A stretch of DNA of 33,673 bases from Gammaproteobacteria bacterium (GTDB lineage Bacteria > Pseudomonadota > Gammaproteobacteria > Natronospirales > JAZFYH01). Where the stretch lies: the NCBI GenBank assembly GCA_036443475.1, contig JAZFYH010000067.1, positions 1 through 33,673 of the forward strand, in the 5' to 3' direction. A model generated the notes under the pieces. The model saw nothing but the letters and a program-made list of their open reading frames with translations. It searched no databases and was not told where the DNA came from. A program made the position numbers and the translations under genes. Of the stretch, positions 21,046-28,628 are shown piece by piece (position 1 is the stretch's first letter; each line of letters begins with the position of its first letter).

Positions 21046-21311
21046 TGAAGTATCACCACGATTTCGGAATTCTCAGGAATCACCATGTTCAGTTGTTCGT
21101 GTGCCAGTTTTTCGATACGGCCATGTGTCGCCCACGTGCTCTGCTCAAGTCGCAGTTGACCCCACTCGATGTCCAAGTTGTCCCGCTGTTTCCGTAGATT
21201 TTCGAGCTGAACGAAAAACATGCGCGTCTGGAATTTTGAATACGCCACCGCAACCGCCGACCCTGTGACGGCAAGAAAAAGAGCTGCACTAAAAATCGTA
21301 CTTATTTTCAT
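21042..21311 (-). CDS. ftsL: Cell division protein FtsL
   Basis: 89-aa bitopic protein with a TM segment (IFSAALFLAVTGSAVAVA) followed by a leucine-zipper-like helix. Position is rsmH-ftsL-ftsI. The start is set at the ATG at 21311, which forms an ATGA overlap with the rsmH stop. Confidence 0.8.
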   Translation of the reverse strand: MKISTIFSAALFLAVTGSAVAVAYSKFQTRMFFVQLENLRKQRDNLDIEWGQLRLEQSTWATHGRIEKLAHEQLNMVIPENSEIVVILQ

Positions 21312-22243
21312 GGGCAACGCACCGCCACTCGCAGCACAGCACTTCGCGCTCGGGGATTGTTTTGTATTTCGGAATCGGATGGCCGAATGATCGGACCAAG
21401 CTTGCGCATTATGGGCACCGGATCAGATGTCCGGATCGGCAGCTTCGCGGGCAAGAAATCCTTTGGTCGCTCCTGGTCACGAATAAACCGTTTTACTATT
21501 CGATCTTCCAGGGAGTGAAAACTGATCACACATAACCGGCCTTCGGTAGCAAGCATACGCGGGCACTGCGCCAGACATGTACGAAGATCGTCTAGTTCAT
21601 TATTAATGTGTATACGCAACGCCTGAAATGTTCGGGTAGCCGGATGCTTTCCCGGTTCGCGTGAAGGCACAGCCGCGCTGACTAACTCGGCGAGTCGAGC
21701 AGCGGTCTTAATTGATGCTTTATCGCGTTCATGGACAATGTGGCGCGCAATTCGTTTTGCGAATCGTTCTTCGCCAAACTTGCGTATAACGTCAGTCAAT
21801 TCCTGTTCGGATACAGTGGCAAGCCAGTCTGCGGCACTACGGCCATGCCGAGGATCCATGCGCATGTCCAGCAGACCATCGCTTGAGAAACTGAATCCGC
21901 GCTCCGCATCATCAAGCTGGGGTGAAGAAACACCGAGGTCAAACAGAATCCCGTTGACCTTACCGGTTAGTTGCCTGCTTTCGACCACGCTTTCTAGCAT
22001 GGTGAACGCCCCCTGGTTGATACTGAACCGTGTATCACGGCCAAATTTTGCTTCAGCGTCAACAACCGCCTGTGGATCTTTGTCCATGGCCAGCAGGCGG
22101 CCTTCTTTGCCCAGCTGTTCAAGCACCGCCGCGGCATGGCCGCCACGGCCATACGTGCCATCGACGTACACGCCATCCCGCTTTATCGCCAGCGACTCCA
22201 GGACTTCATTCAGAAGTACCGGTGTGTGCCTAAGCGGTTCCAT
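21308..22243 (-). CDS. rsmH: 16S rRNA (cytosine1402-N4)-methyltransferase
   Basis: 311-aa ORF starting HTPVLLNEVLESL...YVDGTYGRGGHA, with DLGVSSPQLD and SFHSLEDRIVK, the canonical RsmH/MraW motifs. Confidence 0.96.
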   Translation of the reverse strand: MEPLRHTPVLLNEVLESLAIKRDGVYVDGTYGRGGHAAAVLEQLGKEGRLLAMDKDPQAVVDAEAKFGRDTRFSINQGAFTMLESVVESRQLTGKVNGILFDLGVSSPQLDDAERGFSFSSDGLLDMRMDPRHGRSAADWLATVSEQELTDVIRKFGEERFAKRIARHIVHERDKASIKTAARLAELVSAAVPSREPGKHPATRTFQALRIHINNELDDLRTCLAQCPRMLATEGRLCVISFHSLEDRIVKRFIRDQERPKDFLPAKLPIRTSDPVPIMRKLGPIIRPSDSEIQNNPRARSAVLRVAVRCP

Positions 22244-22249
22244 GTCGCG

Positions 22250-22702
22250 TCAAAGCGACAGCGATTCAAGATCGGCCGGCAAGTCATTGGCCGATTCATC
22301 CATGTCCAACCATTCGTCGCGACGCTGATTCCAGGTTTCCTCGTTCCAGAGTTCAAACTTGTTTCCCTGGCCTATCATCACTACGCGCTTTTCCAGCTGG
22401 GCAAATTCGCGCAACGGTTGTGGCAACAGCACGCGGCCATTGCTGTCTATTTCCAGATCCGTCGCATGTCCTACCAGCAGGCGTTGGAGGCGTCGTGCCT
22501 GCGGATTGAGGCTTGGCAAGCGGATCAATTTGCGTTCGATTTCTTCCCAGTCAGGCAACGGGTAAAGCAACAGGCAATAGTCCCGGTCTACGGTCAAAAC
22601 GACATGGCCTTGGCAACAATCGCTGAGCTGCTGCCGAAAGCGAGTTGGTATGGCCAGCCGCCCCTTGGCGTCCAGCGTGACGTTGTTGACCCCTCGAAAC
22701 AT
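22250..22702 (-). CDS. mraZ: Transcriptional regulator MraZ
   Basis: 150-aa ORF starting MFRGVNNVTLDAKGRLAIPTRFR, with a second SpoVT/AbrB-like repeat (EIDSNGRVLLPQPLREF). It is the first gene of the dcw cluster. Confidence 0.95.
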   Translation of the reverse strand: MFRGVNNVTLDAKGRLAIPTRFRQQLSDCCQGHVVLTVDRDYCLLLYPLPDWEEIERKLIRLPSLNPQARRLQRLLVGHATDLEIDSNGRVLLPQPLREFAQLEKRVVMIGQGNKFELWNEETWNQRRDEWLDMDESANDLPADLESLSL

Positions 22703-22720
22703 GGCTTAACGGCTGACCGC

Positions 22721-22746
22721 TCCCGTTGATTCCCACTTATTCCCAC
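22721..22746 (-). promoter_or_regulatory. Putative MraZ operator: three direct repeats at 10-bp spacing
   Basis: The minus strand reads GTGGGAATAA GTGGGAATCA ACGGGAGCGG. The plus strand has tccca/tccca/tcccg beginning at 22741, 22731 and 22721. This matches the (G)TGGG-N5 triple-repeat architecture reported for the E. coli MraZ binding site. It lies between the predicted -10 and the mraZ ATG. Confidence 0.5.
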
Positions 22747-22754
22747 TTCGTGAC

Positions 22755-22784
22755 ACTATAGGTAGGAATAAGAGGAACTGTCAA
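22755..22784 (-). promoter_or_regulatory. Putative sigma70 promoter of the dcw operon (Pmra)
   Basis: The minus strand reads TTGACA (22784-22779), an 18-nt spacer, then TATAGT (22760-22755). A T-rich tract lies just upstream, and the element is about 50 nt upstream of the mraZ ATG. Confidence 0.45.
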
Positions 22785-22976
22785 GCACCGAACCCACAAA
22801 AAATGCTTGTAGGACAGTGACTTAGCGCATTTTGTTGAACCGGGGTTGGGTCGGGTATCGGACCTAAAATCAGATACTTGTGAGGCTATTACAGAAATCG
22901 CTTTAAGAATATGCGGTGATATTTTGCTCTATCAACAAAAAGTTATTTTTGCCCAAGGGAAAAAAATCGAAGAAAT

Positions 22977-23331
22977 TTGAGGAGTCGGCCGGTAAGCCGG
23001 GTTCTGTCTTGGACAGTCATTCATCTGGGCCAACCGTCACCGGTTTGCTCAAGCAGCCTACCCGGGAACCGTGCGGACCACACGTTGCGGACATGCCGCA
23101 TGCTCCCCTATTTGGCCTTGCTCCGGGTGGGGTTTTCCGTGCCGCGGCCTGTTACCAGTCGCGCGGTGCGCTCTTACCGCACCTTTTCACCCTTACCAGC
23201 GCGAACGCTTCGGCGGTTTGTTTTCTGTGGCACTTTCCATGGGCTCGCACCCTCCAGGCGTTACCTGGCACCCTGTCCTATGGAGCCCGGACTTTCCTCT
23301 GTGTTGCCACAGCGACTGCCTGGCCGACTCC
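22977..23331 (-). ncRNA. rnpB: RNase P RNA, bacterial type A (M1 RNA)
   Basis: The reverse complement reads GGAGTCGGCCAGGCAGTCGCTGTGGCAACACAGAGGAAAGTCCGGGCTCCATAGGACAGGGTGCCAGGTAACGCCTGG...GGTAAGGGTGAAAAGGTGCGGTAAGAGCGCACC...CCCGGGTAGGCTGCTTGAGC...GACAGAACCCGGCTTACCGGCCGACTCC. The universally conserved P4 strands (GAGGAAAGTCCGGGC and ACAGAACCCGGCTTA) are present. A perfect 10-bp P1 forms between the two ends (GGAGTCGGCC / GGCCGACTCC). The ends are accurate to within a few nt. Confidence 0.95.
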
Positions 23332-23338
23332 GGGCGCC

Positions 23339-23367
23339 ACCTTACTCCGCTAGAGGATCGGCGACAA
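23339..23367 (-). promoter_or_regulatory. Candidate rnpB promoter
   Basis: The minus strand reads TTGTCG, 17 nt, TAAGGT, then a GC-rich discriminator GGCGCCC and the mature 5' G at 23331. The geometry is right but the hexamers are weak. Confidence 0.25.
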
Positions 23368-23409
23368 GCAATCGTTACGTCTTCTCCAATTCAAACGCCC
23401 GGGTAAAGG

Positions 23410-24252
23410 CTATGCCTTCTGCAGTTCAAGCGCCCGAGCATAGACCGCGTTCTTGGGTTGCCCCGAAATGGCCGCTGCCAGTTTGACTGCCTGCTTGAGC
23501 GGCAAGTCTGTAAGTAATGGCAGCAGTACCGTATCCAGATCATGCAACGTCGTCCTAGGCTCACTATTACCCGCTACAATGACAACCGCCTCGCCTTTCC
23601 TGGCATTCGCATCGGTGGCCACCTGAATGGCAAGGTTTGACAGAGAATCTGCAGTAACCGTTTCGTACAACTTGGTCAACTCGCGTGCCAGCACAACCTG
23701 ACGATCTGCCCCCAGGCAGTCCGCCATGTCCTGTAACGACTCGGCAAGGCGATGCACGGACTCGTAAAATACGAGGGTGCGCGGTTCCATATTGAGTTGT
23801 TGCAACCGTGTCTTTCTCGCAGCCTGTCGGTTTGGCAGAAACCCTTCAAAAACAAAACGGTCCGTTGGAAGGCCCGCAATGCATAGTGCGGCTATAAGTG
23901 CACTTGGCCCCGGGACTGGAGTCACGCTGAGCCCATTCTGGTGGCAAGCACGTACGAGTTCAAAACCCGGATCCGAGATCAATGGCGTTCCGGCATCCGA
24001 GACCAGTGCAATGTCCTCGCCTTTTTGCAGGCGGGACAGCAGTTCCGCAGAACGGCCAGTTTCATTGTATTCGTGCAAGGAAAGTAGTGGCGTTTTTATT
24101 CCGAACGTGGAAAGTAATTTGCGCGTGACGCGTGTGTCTTCAGCGGCAATAACGGATACAGCCGTCAGCACGTTCCTGCCACGCGTGCTGAAATCGTCAA
24201 GATTCCCGATGGGTGTTGCAACAATAAATAATGTGCCGCTATTCATTGACAC
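23410..24252 (-). CDS. rsmI: 16S rRNA (cytidine1402-2'-O)-methyltransferase
   Basis: 280-aa ORF with LFIVATPIGNLDD, IAAEDTR, ALVSDAGTPLISDPG and YESVHRL, the canonical RsmI/YraL motifs. The GTG at 24252 has an AGGGGA Shine-Dalgarno sequence 7 nt upstream. An ATG at 24246 is the alternative. Confidence 0.95.
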   Translation of the reverse strand: MSMNSGTLFIVATPIGNLDDFSTRGRNVLTAVSVIAAEDTRVTRKLLSTFGIKTPLLSLHEYNETGRSAELLSRLQKGEDIALVSDAGTPLISDPGFELVRACHQNGLSVTPVPGPSALIAALCIAGLPTDRFVFEGFLPNRQAARKTRLQQLNMEPRTLVFYESVHRLAESLQDMADCLGADRQVVLARELTKLYETVTADSLSNLAIQVATDANARKGEAVVIVAGNSEPRTTLHDLDTVLLPLLTDLPLKQAVKLAAAISGQPKNAVYARALELQKA

Positions 24253-24317
24253 CGGGACGTCCCCTTTAGTTACACTGCGTGCCTGGGTTCATAATCCTGC
24301 AACGGGGCTTACCACCC

Positions 24318-24566
24318 ATGCAAGTTACCACTAAAACACTGCTGTATGGCATTCGTATTGGTCTTGCCAGTACGTTGTTGTTTGTTGGTGGCTGTCTTTC
24401 ATTTACTGGAACAGAACGTGTCGGCCCAAGCACGGAAGAACTTGACCGTCTTGAAGCCTCTCTTGAGAACGAAGAGGCAGCGCATCGGTTTGAATCGTTG
24501 GCGGAAAATTATTCGGGCGAATCTCGAACCAGGCTGTTGTTGCGAGCCGCTACCGCGTGGCTGTAA
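24318..24566 (+). CDS. lpoA: LpoA N-terminal fragment: lipoprotein signal peptide plus the first helical repeat, ended by an in-frame TAA
   Basis: It begins MQVTTKTLLYGIRIGLASTLLFVGG|C, with a lipobox, and continues ...RTRLLLRAATAWL before a stop at 24564-24566. It is in the same reading frame as the 531-aa ORF that follows. The track starts this ORF at a GTG at 24279. Confidence 0.6.
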   Translation: MQVTTKTLLYGIRIGLASTLLFVGGCLSFTGTERVGPSTEELDRLEASLENEEAAHRFESLAENYSGESRTRLLLRAATAWL

Positions 24567-24605
24567 GCCGATCTTCCGGAACAGGCGCGTGTCATTCTTG
24601 AAGAT

Positions 24606-26201
24606 TTGCAAACCGTTGCGGCCGCTGAAACCAGCCAGCGACAAATTTATTTTCTTACCGCAAAGCAACGTCTGGCCAGCGGTGACCCGCGCGACACCTT
24701 GGCCATGGCGCAGCGGGCACTCGATGTTGGCGCAAACCTTGATGACGTCACCCGTATTCGTGCCGCGGCACTGTTCAAAATGGGGGCCGTATCCGCCGCG
24801 ATGGATTCACTTCTCCCGCTGCTGGATGATCCGCTGCGTGACGACGATGACCTCACCACCCTACATATGCTTGCCTGGCAAGGACTAACCCAGGCGCGTG
24901 TGCCACTTAATGAGATTGTCCTTGAAGACGGTGCACCGCCTTCCCTCACCGGCTGGTTGTCACTAGGTTACCTTGGCCAAACTCTCTGGGAAGCACCATT
25001 TGAGTTTCCCCAACGTTTGCACGATTACCAGCTGCAATACCCTAATCACTCCGCAAATACCTACCTAATTCCCGAGTTACTGGATGATTTTCAACGCCGC
25101 CTTGAATACCCGGAAAAAGTGGCTTTGTTGCTGCCACTGAGCGGGCGATTCGCGAACTCTGCAACCGCGCTACGCGACGGCTTCCTGGCTGCGCATTTTC
25201 AGGCACAAGCAAGCGGTAATAACGTGGACGTACAGATTATCGACAGCGGAACAACACGCGACGACGCCCTGTATGCATACGCGACTGCGCACGAAGCTGG
25301 TGCCGGAATCGTGATTGGACCGTTGACGAAAACAGCGCTGTCCGCAATCGCTGCCCAAGGTGCGCTGCCGATAGATGTAATCGGGCTTAACTACCTCGAC
25401 CAGAACGAAAGCGCACATCCTCAGGTATACCAGTTCGGGTTGCGCCCGGAAGACGAAGCAACCGAAGTGGCCGAACGTGTCATCCAAGAGGGCTTGCGTC
25501 GTGGGACGGCATTGTACTCCGACACCGATTGGGGTCGCCGAATGCTCACGGCATTTAATAGCCGATTCACGGAATTGGGTGGTGAGTTGTTGAGTGCGCA
25601 CGGATATGACGACAGCAATCCGGATTTTTCAACGCCAATTATGCGCATGCTGAACCTCGATGAAAGTCGATTGCGTCACCAGGCGATACGGGCAACTCTG
25701 GGTCTGGATCTTAAATTCGAACCACGCCGGCGGCAGGATGTACAATTTATCTATCTCGCTGCGCGCGACCGCGAAGCACCACTGATTCGCCCACAGTTGC
25801 GCTTTCACCAGGCAATAAACCTACCGGTGTATGCCACATCGTACGTTTATAATCCTGCGCGGGACGCCGATCGTGATCTAGATGGCATTGCGTTCACCGA
25901 CATGCCATGGATACTTGCTTCCGAAGGCATTGCCGGGAGGATTCGCGAAAATATTCGCAATAATTGGCCCGATAATTTTGACCGCAACAGTCGTCTTTAT
26001 GCCCTAGGATTTGATGCCTACCGACTCATTCCCCTGTTGCTGAATTTTGAGCGGCCACTGGCGACACCTGTGCCGGGAATGACCGGTCTGCTTTCACTGG
26101 ACGCGAATAACCGCATTCGTCGTAGTCTCTATTGGGCCCGGTTTCGTGGCGGTTTCCCTTATATCCTTGCTGCACCTGGTGAAACCGTGCAGACATTCTG
26201 A
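24606..26201 (+). CDS. lpoA: Penicillin-binding protein activator LpoA, main body (TPR-like N domain plus periplasmic-binding-protein-like C domain), with no signal peptide of its own
   Basis: 531-aa ORF with a nominal TTG start. It has the KVALLLPLSGRFANSATALRDGFLAA and GAGIVIGPLTK motifs typical of LpoA/YraM. It is divergent from rsmI and followed by yraN, as in E. coli. The frame stays sense back to 24567, immediately after the TAA. Confidence 0.85.
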   Translation: MQTVAAAETSQRQIYFLTAKQRLASGDPRDTLAMAQRALDVGANLDDVTRIRAAALFKMGAVSAAMDSLLPLLDDPLRDDDDLTTLHMLAWQGLTQARVPLNEIVLEDGAPPSLTGWLSLGYLGQTLWEAPFEFPQRLHDYQLQYPNHSANTYLIPELLDDFQRRLEYPEKVALLLPLSGRFANSATALRDGFLAAHFQAQASGNNVDVQIIDSGTTRDDALYAYATAHEAGAGIVIGPLTKTALSAIAAQGALPIDVIGLNYLDQNESAHPQVYQFGLRPEDEATEVAERVIQEGLRRGTALYSDTDWGRRMLTAFNSRFTELGGELLSAHGYDDSNPDFSTPIMRMLNLDESRLRHQAIRATLGLDLKFEPRRRQDVQFIYLAARDREAPLIRPQLRFHQAINLPVYATSYVYNPARDADRDLDGIAFTDMPWILASEGIAGRIRENIRNNWPDNFDRNSRLYALGFDAYRLIPLLLNFERPLATPVPGMTGLLSLDANNRIRRSLYWARFRGGFPYILAAPGETVQTF

Positions 26202-26214
26202 GCGGAATATAACG

Positions 26215-26574
26215 ATGAGCAACCGCCGCAAGGAGCGCGGCAACGAAGCGGAGAACCTTGCCCGCCTTTACCTCGAACAGCATGGCTTGGTATGCCTGGA
26301 GCGAAATGTTCGCACACGTTGGGGTGAAATTGACCTGGTCATGTGCGATGGAAACGCCATTGCATTCGTGGAAGTGAGATTCCGGCAAAACCACAAATTC
26401 GGGCACCCGGCTGAAACCGTCGATGGTCAAAAACAGGGTAAAATACGCCGGGCTGCTAAATGCCTATTAGGCCAGGGAAAATATGACAACCGGCCACTGC
26501 GATTCGATGTCGTGGCAATTTCGCGGGTTAACGGTGAACTTGTAATTGAATGGAACAAGAACGCGTTTGAGTGA
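26215..26574 (+). CDS. yraN: YraN family (UPF0102) endonuclease-fold protein
   Basis: It begins MSNRRKERGNEAENLARLYLEQHGLVCLERNVRTRWGEIDLVM...IAFVEVRFR...RFDVVAI, which resembles E. coli YraN (GEIDLIM...VFVEVRYR...RFDVVAF). I chose the ATG at 26215, 13 nt after the lpoA stop. The track start at 26146 would overlap lpoA by 56 nt. Confidence 0.85.
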   Translation: MSNRRKERGNEAENLARLYLEQHGLVCLERNVRTRWGEIDLVMCDGNAIAFVEVRFRQNHKFGHPAETVDGQKQGKIRRAAKCLLGQGKYDNRPLRFDVVAISRVNGELVIEWNKNAFE

Positions 26575-26585
26575 AAATCAGGTGA

Positions 26586-27179
<594 letters not shown>

Positions 27180-27201
27180 AATCCTTGGAGTAGTTCCTAG
27201 C

Positions 27202-28599
27202 TTGACCAACGAATCCATTCAGCCTGCACCGGCGTTTCTGTCGGCCATCCAATCGTTGTTTGGTAAGCGAGCAAGATTGGACGCTGCCGACTTGCTGGTC
27301 TACGGTTACGACAATAGCCGGCGTGAAACTACGCCGCACGCCGTGTGTTTTGCGCAAAACCACTCAGAAGTTCGAGCACTGGTTCAACTCTGTGCCGAGT
27401 ACGAGGTACCGCTGACCACCCGGGGATTGGGAAGCGGAACAACTGGCGCGGCCGTACCTATCAACGGCGGTGTCGTGCTCAGCACGGAAAGATTTGCTGG
27501 CCTGGTCAAGGTTGATCCGGAAAACCGTCTGGCCATTGTTGAACCGGGAATCACAAATGCCGTACTACAGGAAGCCTTGGCAAAACACGGTTTCTTCTGG
27601 CCGCCTGACCCAACTTCTGCAGCCTATTCAACCGTGGGTGGCAATCTGGCGTGCAATGCCGCTGGCCCGCGCGCTATCAAGTACGGAACGCCGCGTGACA
27701 ATACGCTCGGTCTGATTGCGGTTACCGGTGAGGGAAAAACAATCAAGACTGGTGTCTGCACTTCAAAAGGCGTGGTTGGCTATGACCTGACGCGTTTATT
27801 GGTGGGCAGCGAAGGTACCCTGGCGATCATCACTCAGGCCACACTGCGCATTGTTCCTTTGCCGGAATCAAGTCGTTTGCTGCGTGCTGTTTATGGCAGC
27901 CTGCAGGGGGCAACCTCTGCGGTCGCGAACATCATGGCGCAACCTGAGACACCCAGCGCATTGGAATTCATGGACCCGGTAGCCGTTTCCCTGGTGCGAG
28001 ATTATGCGGAGGCGGGCCTGCCTGACCGCGCAGCTGCAGTTTTGTTGATTGAAGTAGATGGAAACAAGTCTGGTATAGAACAGGCAGTAAAATGTATTAC
28101 CGCAGCGGCAGCCAATGAGGACCTGGTTGAAATACGTGCCGCAGAAAACGAGGTAGAAACTGCGGCCCTCTGGACTTGCCGCAAATCCTTGTCACCGGCG
28201 TTACGCAAAATCGCTCCCAAAAAAATCAATGAGGACGTGGTGGTCCCTGTGACACGATTAACCGAACTCGTTTCTGGGCTACAGGAGCTTTCCGCACAAT
28301 ATGGCGTACAAATCGTCAGCTTTGGCCACGCCGGAAACGGTAATCTGCATGTCAATCTGCTCGGTAACCCAAGTGCGCAGGGCGAGCTGCAGCGAATGGA
28401 AACTTGTTTACAGGAACTGTTTTCCCTAGTGCTTGGATTAGACGGCACTCTTTCTGGAGAACATGGGATTGGGCTCGAGAAACGCCAATACGTCAGCATG
28501 GAAATCGAACCGAATGCCATGCAACTGATGCAGCAGATAAAGCTGCAATTCGATCCCAAGAATATACTTAATCCGGGTAAACTCTTTCCCGACCCCTAG
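27202..28599 (+). CDS. FAD-linked oxidase, GlcD / D-2-hydroxyacid dehydrogenase family
   Basis: It has PCMH-type FAD-binding motifs (TTRGLGSGTTGAAVP, VEPGITNAVL, GGNLACNAAGPRAIKYG, GYDLTRLLVGSEGTLAIIT) and a C-terminal SGEHGIGLEKR...NPGKLFP. The start is ambiguous. A TTG at 27202 follows a GGAG at 27187-27190. The track uses a TTG at 27154, which overlaps diaA by 26 nt. No glcE or glcF partner is present. Confidence 0.88.
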   Translation: MTNESIQPAPAFLSAIQSLFGKRARLDAADLLVYGYDNSRRETTPHAVCFAQNHSEVRALVQLCAEYEVPLTTRGLGSGTTGAAVPINGGVVLSTERFAGLVKVDPENRLAIVEPGITNAVLQEALAKHGFFWPPDPTSAAYSTVGGNLACNAAGPRAIKYGTPRDNTLGLIAVTGEGKTIKTGVCTSKGVVGYDLTRLLVGSEGTLAIITQATLRIVPLPESSRLLRAVYGSLQGATSAVANIMAQPETPSALEFMDPVAVSLVRDYAEAGLPDRAAAVLLIEVDGNKSGIEQAVKCITAAAANEDLVEIRAAENEVETAALWTCRKSLSPALRKIAPKKINEDVVVPVTRLTELVSGLQELSAQYGVQIVSFGHAGNGNLHVNLLGNPSAQGELQRMETCLQELFSLVLGLDGTLSGEHGIGLEKRQYVSMEIEPNAMQLMQQIKLQFDPKNILNPGKLFPDP

Positions 28600-28628
28600 C
28601 GGACATTTCTGGGACAAGCGACAACAAT

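Noticed and set aside
21738-22729. Two plus-strand ORFs of 196 and 197 aa
   Set aside because: They are antisense to rsmH and mraZ, both of which have unambiguous homology. They are shadow ORFs.
22916-23486. Three overlapping plus-strand ORFs (145, 169 and 111 aa) in an apparently gene-free gap
   Set aside because: The region is the reverse complement of RNase P RNA, so the ORFs are artefacts of a GC-rich structured RNA gene.
24346-24888. 180-aa alternative-frame ORF spanning the lpoA break, which could have suggested a frameshift rather than a nonsense codon
   Set aside because: The two LpoA pieces are in the same frame, and the sequence between them reads as sensible protein. The alternative-frame product is Arg/Cys/Pro-rich nonsense.
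28002-28559. 185-aa minus-strand ORF
   Set aside because: It is antisense to the C-terminal half of the FAD oxidase gene, and its low-complexity Ser/Cys-rich composition marks it as a shadow ORF.
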